From: Phoronis australis
Lineage: Eukaryota > Animalia > Phoronida
Length of the DNA stretch: 64,000 nt
Assembly (NCBI GenBank): GCA_002633005.1
Contig: NMRA01000026.1
Location: 891,073 to 955,072, forward strand
Reading direction: 5' to 3'
The notes beneath the pieces were generated by a model. That model had not been told where the DNA came from and ran no database searches. It worked only from the letters and a program-made list of their open reading frames with translations. The position numbers and the translations under genes are program-made. Below are positions 47,406 to 61,200 of this stretch, in pieces (the stretch's first letter is position 1; each line of letters begins with the position of its first letter).

Positions 47406-49260
47406 ATTCAACTCATTCACAGAAAAGTTATTAGTTCAAAATCTGTTCATTGTAAATATGTAATTCTGTTGTAGTTTCTATCATTAGGGTGTACTGTTTA
47501 AATCATATCTCTTGAACAGTTGGTCACATTAAGTCTGTTGATTACTATGCTGCAGGACCTAGTATGGTGCGACGCTCTAGTCAATGACTACGAAAACGAG
47601 TCAACTGCTGCGTCGCGGTGTCCCTAATTGTCGCAAGACAAAAATCAGGGTCAAAATACTTACACCAGTCCTTTTGAATCCAAAAAATCCTTGCAAACCC
47701 TCAACAGATGGCAGAGCTGGCTTTGAGAACACCATTTCCCATCAAGCCTCACATTGAAAATTAACCAATCACGTGGCACTTTCAAGCAAAATTTCCCATT
47801 GCGAGGCTGCTCTAATAGTCTTGATTGATGGTACTAGGCCCTTATTACCCATAAGTCCAACAGCATGATGTGATCAGGGCTTAGTGCCGCTTTAATGTGA
47901 AGATGCAAGGGGGGGGGGGGAACTGGTGAAGATGCAAGGGGGGGGGGTAACTGATTTAAAATGAAATAATAAAACAATATTGTCAACTATGAAATTAGGT
48001 TGCTATGTGTACATGCGTTTGTTTCAGAAAATGGTTGAAGATTCTATTTAAAGTTTGAAAGTGAAATGTGTGTAAATAATAACGAAATGCATGCTTAAAT
48101 GACACTTGTTTTCTTATTCATTGACACGTCAAAGAAGCAAATTTGATTAAGACCGCCCCCTGGTATAAAATCTGAACTTATACTCGACACAGACAGTAAA
48201 TGATTTCTGGTCTATGGAAGAAGTGACAATCTGATAATGATTGACATGATACTACTCGGGTAAAATGACCCACCGTGACGAGCCACCTTTACCTGTCAGC
48301 TCCCCCTAGGTCCAGGAATCTTGACTACAAGTTAAGACCAGATTTATGACGGCCAGCGCCCTAAATCGAAAGTTACTTTTTGACAGAAGTCGGGGCTATA
48401 GTGACTTCAACATCTGACAGTCAAACTGCCACCTATACCAAATGCTGCAATGTAATAAGTACAATGAGCTTAGCTCAAAGTACAAATAAACAATCTCTCT
48501 CTCAAAACTTCAATTTGCAACAAAACTTCTTCATTCTTTAGTTTTCAAAGGCTCAACATCAGAAATAAAATAACACTTATTGCCATATATCACTTCCTGC
48601 CTAATGTCTGAAAAGAACACATTATCTCACTAACAAGACTAGAATTCTACTCGCTCCATGCAAAAAAAAATCCATACATCAGTCCACTGGAATGGGCTCG
48701 TGGTCACATTACATGTCGACTAATTTGACTAGATAAAAAGTAGAGGATCCTACTAAAATGGATTTCCCAGTTTCTCAGGTTGATGACCAAAAACATGCAA
48801 CACCGTTCTTATGGCCTAAAGTGAAATTGCTGTTATACAGTCGTAAGTTACTGCTGAGACATGGTTCTGCACTGTTAAGTTTTTCATATCTTAAATCATT
48901 TCTAGGTCAACTTTTATATCCTGAACAGGCCAATGAGCTCCCACAGCTGCTGTTAGGTCACTTTACCAGGACATCCAAATGAAGAACAGTGTCCTCACTT
49001 GCGTGTCTAAATTTGAGTCGGGATGTCCATTTGGACTCCCTGGCCGCCCTCTAGATGAAAGCCTGATAAAAAGGGGTTAAGTTCAGTGAACAGACTAACT
49101 CTACCGTGTTCAAACACCTATCAGTAAGATCCATCACGCTTTCTTGTAGATCATTTGTATAAGATCACGGGTGAAGACAAAATGCTCCTGGTGGCCTCTT
49201 ACTGTCATGATCATAGTGATCATAGATGACGACTGCTTCTCCATCGAGTCCCGACAATTT

Positions 49261-52200
49261 CTAGCCATCGCCATTTGCAGGCTGGTCTTTACTACACAAA
49301 GACTTGTTTGTTATCTTCATGGTCTCGTAAATATTTAATGATTCGCCTATAAAAATGAGACACGAGAGGATGTAAAATACGATGAACAAAAATCGCACCA
49401 ATGACTTAAGCTATCACTAGAGCAAATAAGTTTTTAGACATTGTTGGGATTCACAACAACACGAGAATCCTTTAAAAAATGAAAGATAACGTTTGACTTT
49501 CTACTCCAAAATTGATGAGATTTTACCGTGAAGCTTACAACTTTATTGACAGACAGATTTAAACTTATATGAAAAACCAAAATACAGAGGTACCATAGAA
49601 TCATTACGCACAAGCATCGCATCTTATACACGGACCACTTATAAAGAACCTATGAATCATGCATACAAACCCATAAAACATGCAAACGAACAATAATCAT
49701 GCGTACGAACCACAACAATCATACATACAAACACAAAATCATACATGCGGGCATCAAATCACACACACGAACACTTTATCGTGCGTATGACTTTTGTTTG
49801 TATGTATGATATTTGTAGTTCGTGTGCATGATTTTTGGGTTCATATGCATGACTCATAGGTTCGTAGGTGGTTCGTGCGAAAGATGGGATGCTCGAACAT
49901 ATTCTATGGTATCCCTGTTTACAGTACATGCCAAAAGTATCCAGACAAAATGACCCGAAATTCCAGATCATAACGACTGGACAAAAAACAAATTACAATC
50001 ACAGTATGATCAAGAATTAGAGGAAGTTAACAGGAATTTTAACGCCATCTATTGACAAATCATTTCTTGACGTTGACTGAATTAGCCCTCATAATGGGGA
50101 AACGGTATTTTGTCCGATTGCTTTTGTTTTGTACTAGAACTTAAAACAATTTTGATTCAACTGCACCAAGAGAATCTATTAAAATGAGGCGAATCCAAAA
50201 TATCCTGAGGGTACAGTGTGTGAACTAGGTCAAATCTTCACTTATTTAGCATGCAATACGATCGACGATTGAAATTCTAATTTGTCAAATTTTCTTACAA
50301 AAATAACGATTACATAAGAAAAATTTACTACATCACCGGCAAGGTTTGTACTGTATAACAACATTTGGTAAATTTCCATTATTTCCAGTAATCAGCCATA
50401 AGATTGAAAAATGGAAAAATACAATTTTGGCAATTATGTTCGAGTGAAATAAGTGGATCAAATTATTGTAAAACAACTGTACCGCAGAACATTGTCAGAC
50501 TTCAGCAAAATTCTGACTTGCGTGCATCAGATTTACGCTTGTTTTACTATAATACATCCCTACCTGTTGGTATGCCATATGTCTTGTGTAGTCCATGAGG
50601 GTTGGATGGTGTTTGGCAAGTCAGATCTACCTCCTTCCTCAAACACTTGTCTATGTCAACGGACGAGAAGAAGGCAACGCACTAAAAGAGACAATTGAAG
50701 GATGAGTTGTGTGCAGCGGGCCTGTTTCATAAAAGGTGATTTAAGGTTTACCAGGATTTTCCGTAGATGCCCATCGGCGTGTATCCAAAAATGAAAATTT
50801 TCAGGCGTTTTAGCAACACCAAATAAACGCCCAAGGGGTGCGTGTAAACGGAAAGTCGTAGTTTTGGCTAGCATGTAGTGAATACACATAGGCCTATATT
50901 AAGAGGTTTCCTGACTTATACTTTTTACTTAACACTATGTTTTTTCAATTTTACATGAATAAATGCACAGTACGCAAACACTTTGTTCGTTTTTATATAT
51001 GATAAATGCTCCACAAAACTGAATTTGTAACAAAAAAATGGTGTTGGGCTTTATGAAAAAATTTTACAAATAAACGCCCCATTATCTGGACACTAGACAC
51101 CAGAAGTTGTAACACCAAATAAATGCCCATGGGCATTTCATCGGATGGACATATATATGGAAAATCCTGGTAAGTCTTTTAATTTTGACTTGCACTCCCA
51201 CTTTACAAGTATTAGGTTTTCACAAATTTCGTGGAGCATAAGATAGAAAATGGACTCCTCTTGCGGCCCTGCGAACAACATTACTGACATTTCAAAACAA
51301 TACAACTACAGGTGCAGTCTCAAGTCTCAGACTTGTTGTTTGATAAAAGGTGCCTTGACCTGCTTTCTGTCCAAAGATATTTTGATTTCTACCAGTAACC
51401 AGTACAAAACCGGTCTGAACTTGTTCCTTACTCACACTATTTATAGACACTTCATTAACTGGATTGTGTTACGATTTACTTTAATTGTTTTTCTCAATGA
51501 AAACTTAGCAGATAGAGTCCCTTTAAATAACCAACTAATTTTAACTCCATCTCAACAAACCGCCTCCAATTGGGGCTCAAACACGTGACCACACCTGGGG
51601 CAAGTCTTTCATTTGCAGCTTGTATGCAAACATGCAGCGGGTGAGGAGATTAGTGATGTGCAGCGCCAGAGCCGCTCGGTACCTATCCTCTGTCTTCACC
51701 ATATAGCGCACCTCGTCGTGGATACTGATGCAGAAGCGGCCATCGATAGCGTACTTGTCCAGTAGCCAACGCATGCTAACTAGCATAAGGTGCAGGTAGT
51801 CGACCGCTGAACTCTGGACAACCCAGTTGACGCGACTTGTCATGAACTGAAGTAGAAGACAGTAATCAAATTTCATTGGCTTTTGCACTTAACGGCACAA
51901 TAAATTAAATAATTGCATGTACAATAGCGCTAGAGATCATTGACCACTAACTCTAGAATTTTATTTGATGTAACTTTTCAAAGAACTGGAAGCAGATGGA
52001 AAAAGACAGATTTTGATTGGCTTTTTCAAATCATCTGAGAGTATGATCATAGTGCTTGATGTTATGTGAAGTCTGAACAAAGCAAGTGGCGTTACGTAAA
52101 TTTTGTACGCTTAATGGATGAAAAATTTGCAAGTCTAACACATATTTTAAAAAAGCTCATGTAAACTTCAAGCACATACAATAGAGACTCTTAAGGATAA

Positions 52201-55200
52201 AATGCGTTACTAATTTTTTCAACTAGCCAGCTAACACTAGTACCGAGCAATTCGTGAACAGCAATCACCCCACTATGAGTGACCAACTTCAAGCCCAACA
52301 AGTATCAATACTCACGTCATCCCCAACAGTCTTTGACTCCAGAGCTTTACTGATTCTACAGCCCAGTACCGGTGTGACTGGCTCATCAGACAAAGCAATA
52401 CTTTCCAGCTTGTTAAACATGTGCGACTCTGTACCTCCCATCCACAGCTTGGTAACACGGTCTCTAAAGACAAGAAATGAGGACGTGTCACTGGCACTAA
52501 AAAGGCGCTTTCCACTTGAAGCACTCGTGAAAGCACAAGGAATCAATCAATAAATGAGCAGACATCAGAAAATCTCAAAAAATTGATGTTGGCAAGTCAT
52601 AGCAAAAAATGGACAACATAATCTTCGTAGCGTTCGACAAGATCTATCTATCTACACACTAATTTTCGAAACAATCCCTCGAGGGACCATGGAGCTACAA
52701 CTTTTCACGAGTTACATGTTGGGTGTAAATCTTATGTCAATAGGACAAGAATCACGACCAGTAATGTGCCTGCTCACAAAAATCCACGACTGAGCAACAC
52801 ACTGGATAAAACTGTAATGAAACCATCAAGCAAATAAAGAATGATAGCCTACCCTTGCCCAACCGTCTTGCGTACACCCTTAGTGGCTTCATACATGACT
52901 CTGGCTTTCTTCTTAGCTTCAGCTTGAGATAATCGATGATTGAATTGCAACAGTAATTTCTCCGCAAACAAACGGCCAGCACCATATATTCGACCATAAT
53001 TAAACACCTGTAACAATCAACAGAGTCAATATTAATAAAGACTCATTGCTATACCCATGAAAACCCTAAATACATGGCTACATAATAAACTAGTGAATTT
53101 TAGGATAGACTACCCGTAATCTGAAACTTGTAAGAAGAAACAGAAATCTTCACTGCCTTTAATTAGAGACAAGTCAATTGTATTTTCCTTTCGAGAACAC
53201 TATTAATTACTCAATTTCTCACGATTTGATCCTAAATTCAAAAAAATCCATTTTAGGTTTTTAAATTAAGAAAGGTTCATCACTAGCATATTACATTTTG
53301 ATACTTCTGTGTGTTTGGTTTCAGAAATTTTCAACAAACAGCATGTGGATCTCATTAATTGTCATTAGTCAGAGACGAGAGTGACTATTAAACATGCCCT
53401 AGATAATATGAAACATATTTTCAGGTCACCTGAACTTAAAACACAGATAAAAGACACTAAAAGGACAAACTTTCACCTTTCTGACATCAAAAGAGGACTC
53501 TTCTCAAGAAAACGTTTCATAATTTAGCCACCATTCTAGGCAACGACTTCTCAACTGTTTCAAAATGACAGACAAGACCAAGGATGTCCACACATTAGTT
53601 TAATGTTTGGAATTGAAGCCAAAAACAAACTTAAAATAAAACAACTAACCACTAAAACACAGATCTCAATACTAGTTTCATATCAAGGACAGGTGTGCAG
53701 AAGGATGGAAAACACATTGTTGCTTGGAACTGAACTCAATAGTTGACCTCCCGTTGATCACTATTCAGTTTTATGCCCAAGAAGCAATAGCATCATTTAC
53801 AACTCAAGGTTTTCGACTGGAACATTAGGTGGCTTTTTGTTGCCATAACTAAATTCTAGCACATGAACAAGATCAGCAGTGCAAGTGGCCTCACTAGATG
53901 GAGCTGCCACCATGTTCGGTAGCTAAAAGAAAATTGTACCCAGGCACATAATGCAACAACATCATAAGCACAAGTGAGTGCTGCCAGTAGATGGAGCTGC
54001 TACTGTGTTCTGTGGCTTTAAGAAAATCCTACCCACACCATGCAACAACTACAAAAGCACAATTGGCCACTGTCGATAGATGGGGCTGCAACTATGTTCT
54101 GTGGCTTTAAAAAAATCCTACCCACACAATGCAACAACTACATATTAAGCAAAAGTGACCTCAATAGAAGGCGTCACTGCAAAATCACACTATGTTATCT
54201 ATGAGCTATACCAGCACATGCTAAAAGTAAAGAAATACGAGTGGCCTCACCTTAGCATTGTCCCTGCTTATTCCCACCATGGCTGCAGTCTTACTGTGTA
54301 GGTCAGTGCCAGCACTCTTTTTACCCTGCAGAGTCATCCAGCCAAAGGCTGTACTGCCTTGAACGACCAAGGTTGTACAGTTCAATTAACTATTATGACG
54401 GAACACAGTGATCCAACTTCTAATCATTATCAAAAAGATACCAAAAACGAGTCAAAGCTTTCATCAAGTATTCAGCACATGAAACAGCAAAATGTGAAAT
54501 TTCGTAATGCTGCAGATCTTTTGAAGCCTGACAACTTCTACAGACATGATAAACATGGTTTTAAGAAGATAATGCTAAATCTGTTCCAATTTATCTTACA
54601 TTTAAACAGTTGTCTAAGTTAAACTACTATGGACTAACAATTCAACAGGCCTTGATCAGCAGAGGCCTACCATGCATGCCACCAAAGTACGAGTCACCCA
54701 AGATGGCTGCTATCCACAGTTCTTGTGAATCCACGTCTGCTCCGATAAAATGATAGCCAGGTGGTGCTTGAACCATAGCTTTCAACTCACTCCCGACTCG
54801 ATCTTCCTGTTGAAAAGAATCATGAGAATGAAAACAGTGTTCATCTACCAAATCATGCTCAATGCTTCTATAAATAAAATTCTCATCTCAACTTCAAAAA
54901 GTCAAGCTCCAGCGTTCTGAGAAAAATAGACCCTTATGGAGATACATTTCAGATGAAAGAGAACTTGAAATTCACATCGTGATGGTAGTGAAAGAGAAGT
55001 GCTTGCGGTAAAAACACCAGCATTCAGGTCATGTGGGATGTTTATCGCACAAATGCCCCCATGCTGTGACCAGCTTCATATTTTCTCAGTAATCAGATGA
55101 ACAACCTTTGCTCATTAGCATCACCTCGCAATGGCAATACATTAGGCGCAAAAGAATCTACAAGCAAACTACACAGTAGATGCTCTCATCAAAAATGTCC

Positions 55201-58200
55201 AAAACACACACTTCATGGTTGCCTAAAAATAATGCATTTTTCAAAAATACATCTTCCATACAATTGACAGATTGAAACAACCATCAGGTCAGGATTCTTA
55301 TTAAACAATTTTCATCGTAAGTCAAGTGACTGTGATCATACATAAGCATTACTGGCAGTCAGCCATGTTGGTTCAACAGCTCGTCGAGTTACCGTCCCGG
55401 CACTGACCACTCGAGGAATTATAGCACCATAGAAACCATTCACGTCGTAATCAGGACTCCTGCAAACAAATAAATATGATTGCAAGTAGTCTCAATCAAA
55501 CAGCAATAACGTTTTGTCAATGGCATACTTTCAGTTGTACTGTTAATGTGCCTCATGGCTTTAATTACTTATACTTTATAGTTATCTTGCTGGTTTGCAC
55601 ATAATAAAACTCTTAAAGGACAGTTTTTACAAGATCAAGAATTGCTTCTCAGCTTGAGACCAATTTTGTAGCGGTAACAAGGCCTAAATCCTTTTTCTTT
55701 AACGGAATGTGGATTTGTTGTTACCTTGAACTCGAAGCCTAAACATTTCTGTCAAGGAAATTTATACCCCATGTTTTCCGTCGATATTTTCATTTAAGTC
55801 ATTCTAAACTGAACAAAGTTCCATAAACTCGCCAGTATCCACAGACGGAAAGGGCGAGGAGTGAGGCAGAGGCAAAGGAAGAGAAGAAAAGAGTTAGGGA
55901 GAGAATAATTTTACTTTCAAATCACACAGAACAAACATGTTACATGATTGGGTGGCACAGGGCGCTAAAAGTTATAACCACTGATATCATTGAATACATC
56001 ACTATGCTATAATCTCAATCAATCGGAGAAAAATAACTGTCAAAATTGTTCTAAATTTTTTTTTCGTTCTTCAAAGGCATCTAACATTTGTATGAATACC
56101 GGCAATTTTTCAGAATCATTGTCTTATTGTAGCTATGGTATAACCTTTAAAAATGACAAGATAGTGTGTATTTGGTGCTACGTATCTTATGAAAAACTGA
56201 AACAACAATTTCACTTGTCGGCCATATTGTGTCCTACGAATTGCTGAGATTTTACCGTAATTAGTCCATCTACGTACTGTGTAACAGCAGGAGGCAGATG
56301 ACTCTTGTCCAGCTGTATCACCATCTGATTGACGATCCTCTCGCGGGCGTTCTTCCAATAGGAGCACATCTTACTTAGTTGCAATGTCTCCTTTGCCTGC
56401 AGACCACCGTAGGCCACTAGGGTGCCATCTTCCAGTTTACTCAGGTAGTCCTTGGCCAGCGGGTTACCCACCCTCTTACCAGCACCATCCTGTAGGCAAA
56501 TGAACATTATTTTATTTAACACAATGATGGAATAAGCTGTTTGTCGATGCTTGTATTAGCCACAGGGGTCCCGCATTTTGATAACCAGTTTTCTCCACTG
56601 AATAACAGGTGTCATAGCTGGTTCTCAAAAAGCAAAAAAACAAGACCCCCGTAAGTGACTATTGCCTCACTGCCTATAGTATCAGTAACACACACTAACT
56701 TAAAAGGCAGTGCATCGTCTTATTAAAGCCACATACAACCCCAATGAAGAACTTGAAATTCACTCTGTTGTGCAAGCAGAAATCCATACTGTCATTCAGG
56801 TCAAATGGGGCCCTCATCCCAAGAATGGCTCATGCTGGTAAGCTGTTCTCAGCCTATTCAAATGATAAGAAAAGGCCATTTCATACATCCTTAGCACCAC
56901 AAATGAACATCAATCAAATCAAATTTTCCAATATTAGACACTTTGTGTAGAATAATTCAAGTTTGTGACAGTGACTTAACACACCGAAGAAGTAGACAGT
57001 GAAACCCATTGATCCATAATGATAATGAAGGATAATAGTTAAATCAGTCACAGACTATTTTACCATGTACAGAATCTCAACAAACAAAATTAGACATTTT
57101 TTTAAAGATGGCACTATATGTGGGTTTAATATGTTTTAACCTTTGGCAGAACATCTTTATCACGTTATTCAACAGCCCGAAAGAAGAGCTTGACATAATT
57201 ATTTGTTGTTTAGATTTTTCTAAGCATTTTTTTCGCATACCATGAGGTTACAGGTAATGCCATAACACAGACAAATCAGGTTTCTATTTGAACAAAGATA
57301 AAAAATCGGACAAATTGAGCTGAATTACGTTTTTGCCTCCTAACACAATCTTGCTTTTTGTTAATTCAGAAACAACTTGCTTAAGTTGCACACAAAGGCA
57401 AAAATATCCAGTGTGGCACGGGAAAATTAATTATTTTGTTCAACGTACAAATTTATACTCTACCAAATATTCACAAAAGGCAATACTGGCAGTCCAAACT
57501 TCAAGTGCTATGATCACTATGATTTTAACACTAAGGAGACGCATGGTAAGGTTACGTCAGCAGCTGTTTCCTAAGAACTTAATGAACAGCCAAGTCTATT
57601 TTCACACTCCATGGACACAAAACGTACTTTCTGATATTTGAGAAATATAATGAATTATTACTTACATCACCCATGTCACAATCTTTAGGATCGAGAAAAT
57701 TTAATTTCAGCTTGAATTTTAGAAACTGTCCCAAACTGAAAGTTTTGCTGATTTATTCAATTTGCTGTGCATGTTCTCATCCTTACATCAAAGAAATAAG
57801 CTTAGCAGTCATTTATCTTATCAGGAAAGCCAGAAAAAACCTGCAGGCTTTTCAAACATGGCTCAAAATTAGAAAAAGGCTCAGTGGCATGTTTGAATGC
57901 GTACACTTTTAGTAATAAACACATGCCAGGCATTTATGAGATGACCTCTGCAGGGTAGATGACTTACTTTGTGTGGAATCTTGAAAAACCAACATCCTGG
58001 AATGTCAACGTCATCATAAGGTCCGTCGCCTGTATGATAACAGGTACCTGGACTCTTCTGACCAGTCATTCTCTATAACGACAAGAATTAGTGCAGAACA
58101 GGCAGTACTAACTTGAGGTTGAGTGTATCTATGACATTGGACATCATCAAGCAAAAGAAAACGAGTATGGAGTTGATGGGTCCACCACCTTGGATGCAAT

Positions 58201-61200
58201 TTTGGCAAGTTGTAAGAAATGCTGCTACGCGGGAAAAGAAAATTTTGTTTCGTTTCTTTATGATTTTCTCGTACTTGTCTGTACAACAATTCCTGAGCTC
58301 TTTGCTCCAGTATACATTGAGTGTCATTCTGCGCCGGTATAATTATTTCTGACTAAGTAAAAATTGGTAGTCTTCATACACGCCACATGTTGTACACGCC
58401 ACATGACCTGAGATCTCTGCCCAAGCAAGGCTCAAACGCGGGACTTTTTATAGCTGTGCAAAATGCTCTTGTCCACTGAGCTATCGGGACCACTGGCCAA
58501 TTACAGGAATCCAAACAGACTAAACAGAAAGCATCTCACCTCTGAAACACAGGTAAGAACCTGCTTCACATATTGAAACCAAAAAATAATACATTGGACT
58601 ATTTTCCTAAGACAGGATAATTTCACAAGAAAATTTGATTTGAATTATCTAAAAATGTTCCTGAAAAGAAAACATGATTTATAAGTGACGCTTCATACAC
58701 TCCCTAATTACTGGTATGCCACATGATGATAACATAAGGTCATGGAATTCAAAAGTAACACGAGTGGGTACTGTGTTAAGGACTCACCACCAATAACTGA
58801 ACATTCATTGCATGATCTGGTCCCTACAGCGAGGAGCTTAAAAGTTAGAAAGGCTACTATAACAATGTACTTGGCATGACTAGAATAGCTAGCAATGGAT
58901 ACAAAAAAGTACGATACATGTTAGAGGGCAGTATCACTAAACTTGTTTTGCTCTGACTCTGTCAGTTGTGAGCATTCTATACTTGCGGACTTTACTAAAG
59001 TTTTAAAATAGATTTAGACACTGAGATGTAGTTAAACCGTGATAATTTCAGACTATTTTTACCAGCAAATACCGACTTGGTCTTTCATACAACATTTTTA
59101 ATCAAAAGCTTCCCGAGGTGGTCGTCAGTAATGCTAAATATTGTATGAAATTGCTGGATCGTTTCGCCAACATGTACCTTCAGGACCAGTGTACCCTGAC
59201 CCCTGGTGATTACCTTCTTCGAGTGACTCTTGCCACGTGCAACTATGCTCCACAGTCGTTTTGACTCCTGTGGGTTGAGACCCAGTTGTTCAGCCTTCTC
59301 CAACAGATCTGCCTGTTCACGCGCGTCACGCTGCTGTTGTGCGGGGTCACCTGGAATGAGGTGCTGGCATATGGCTAGAGCTTTCCTGAAACAAAAAGTG
59401 ACAAATGGCTAGAGTTAGGGTTTGACAGGTAAAGCTGTGAATGGTGGATGGCTGAACATTGGACAGAGGTGATAATGGCAATGCACCGGCACAGACATTC
59501 TCTATGTGTGAGCGCAAAAGATAAACGGTTATGGATGTTCTGAAGCAGCAACATGACAAAAAGGCAGTCAGAGATTTTGTCAAACAGTAAGAACACAAAT
59601 GTCTAAAACAGGAGGCTGACGAACAGTTTCAGCTTTCCAAAAGCATAAGCAAGATGGCAAATGGCAACAGCTTAAACAAGATTTGACAAACATTTCATAG
59701 TTTCAATAGACTGCTGGGATCTTAATCGATTTACTCAAAATTAAACTTGAAATTATTTTTTTGTCATTTTCCACTCTACTTTTTTGCAAATGCAAGATAA
59801 GTGTCTATTATTCTGTGCTCAAGTACATTATCATAGTTTATGCAAATGAGATTCTAGTCCATATTTGTACTTGATGACCACTAGATTTGAGTTAAAAACC
59901 AGGATTAGGAAGTTATCCACTAAAGCCGTTATGTACTCATGCATGGACTAATAGACACTTGTCCTGAGTTCGCAAAAAAGTAAAATTAGAAAATGACAAA
60001 CGATTAACAAGTTCCATCTTGAGTAAAAAGATTGGACTCCGGACCCAAGTGGCGCAGTCTATTAACACCCCTATGCAGTAGCAACCCAGCTAGCCTACAC
60101 ATGACAGAAGATGTACTTACTCATAAGGGAACTTTGGTTCGTCGCTAGGCTCATTCGTGCCCAGATTGTCCAGCCTGCCTGGTACCAGGTAACCCCAGCC
60201 ATGCGTGTCATCCCAGTGAAGGGGGAAACCATCCCAGGTCAATCTCAGCAGCTTAGCAGCTATCCGCGTCTAGCAAACAGTGTCACAAGATAATTCATCA
60301 ATTCACAATTAAGAACTTTTGTGAGATAAGAAGCGAGATGGCCTCTTGTCCCACTTCCCGTGGTTGTCATGGTTGTAATTTGATACTGAACAGTGGCAAT
60401 TCGACTGAGGTTTTCAAGACCTCATGCTGGTGCATGCCACGTGCAGGGCTATAGACCTTATGCAAGGTCATGAAAGAATATGGAAACTGTGTCGTACTTT
60501 TCAAGTTTGGAAACCCGCAAGTGGTCTTATATAATGATGATATTATGATTTACCCAGCTTTAAAATAGATACAAAAATTACAAATGTTTGTACTGAGATC
60601 ACTGGAGAATTTAAAGCATCGTTTCAGCAGACACTGCCAACTTTTGCAAACTTCTGCGACACCTATTGGTATGTGTTGGTCTTCAGAAATGGGATCACAT
60701 TTTCCTCATTTACAAAGTTTCCCGCTATTACCCAAGATTGACACATGCCAATAGCTGTCAAATATGCTTGAAAAAGCTGGCAGCATCTGGTAAAATGCTG
60801 CTTTAAATTCGCAACTAAGTACAGTAAAGATTAATAAATTTCTCTGTATGTGCAAGCGGTCTGTTAACCTTTTCACCTGAAGATGAAAACTGACGCGTAC
60901 GATAACCAAAGCAAAGACTTCTGGGACATCCAGCTAGCCTGCAACCTAGCAACTAGATATGTTTCATCTGCTTTGATAGCATTATATCCCACAATCCAAT
61001 GCGCAAGTGATGTTCCCTATGTCCTTAAAGTCAACAAGCATTTGAAACATGGCATTGCATAATTTTATAAAATCAAAAAATCCTTTTTTGAGACACTGAA
61101 ATGTTCTAAAGATAAAATTTTCACAAGTTCTGATTTCAGACACGTCAATTTCTTGGATATCTTTTGCGTAATTTTGGATCCTTTTGACTCAATTAAAACA

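Noticed and set aside
53882-54180. CRISPR-like array
   Set aside because: Whole units, including the would-be spacers, are homologous; the context is a eukaryotic intron with no cas genes.
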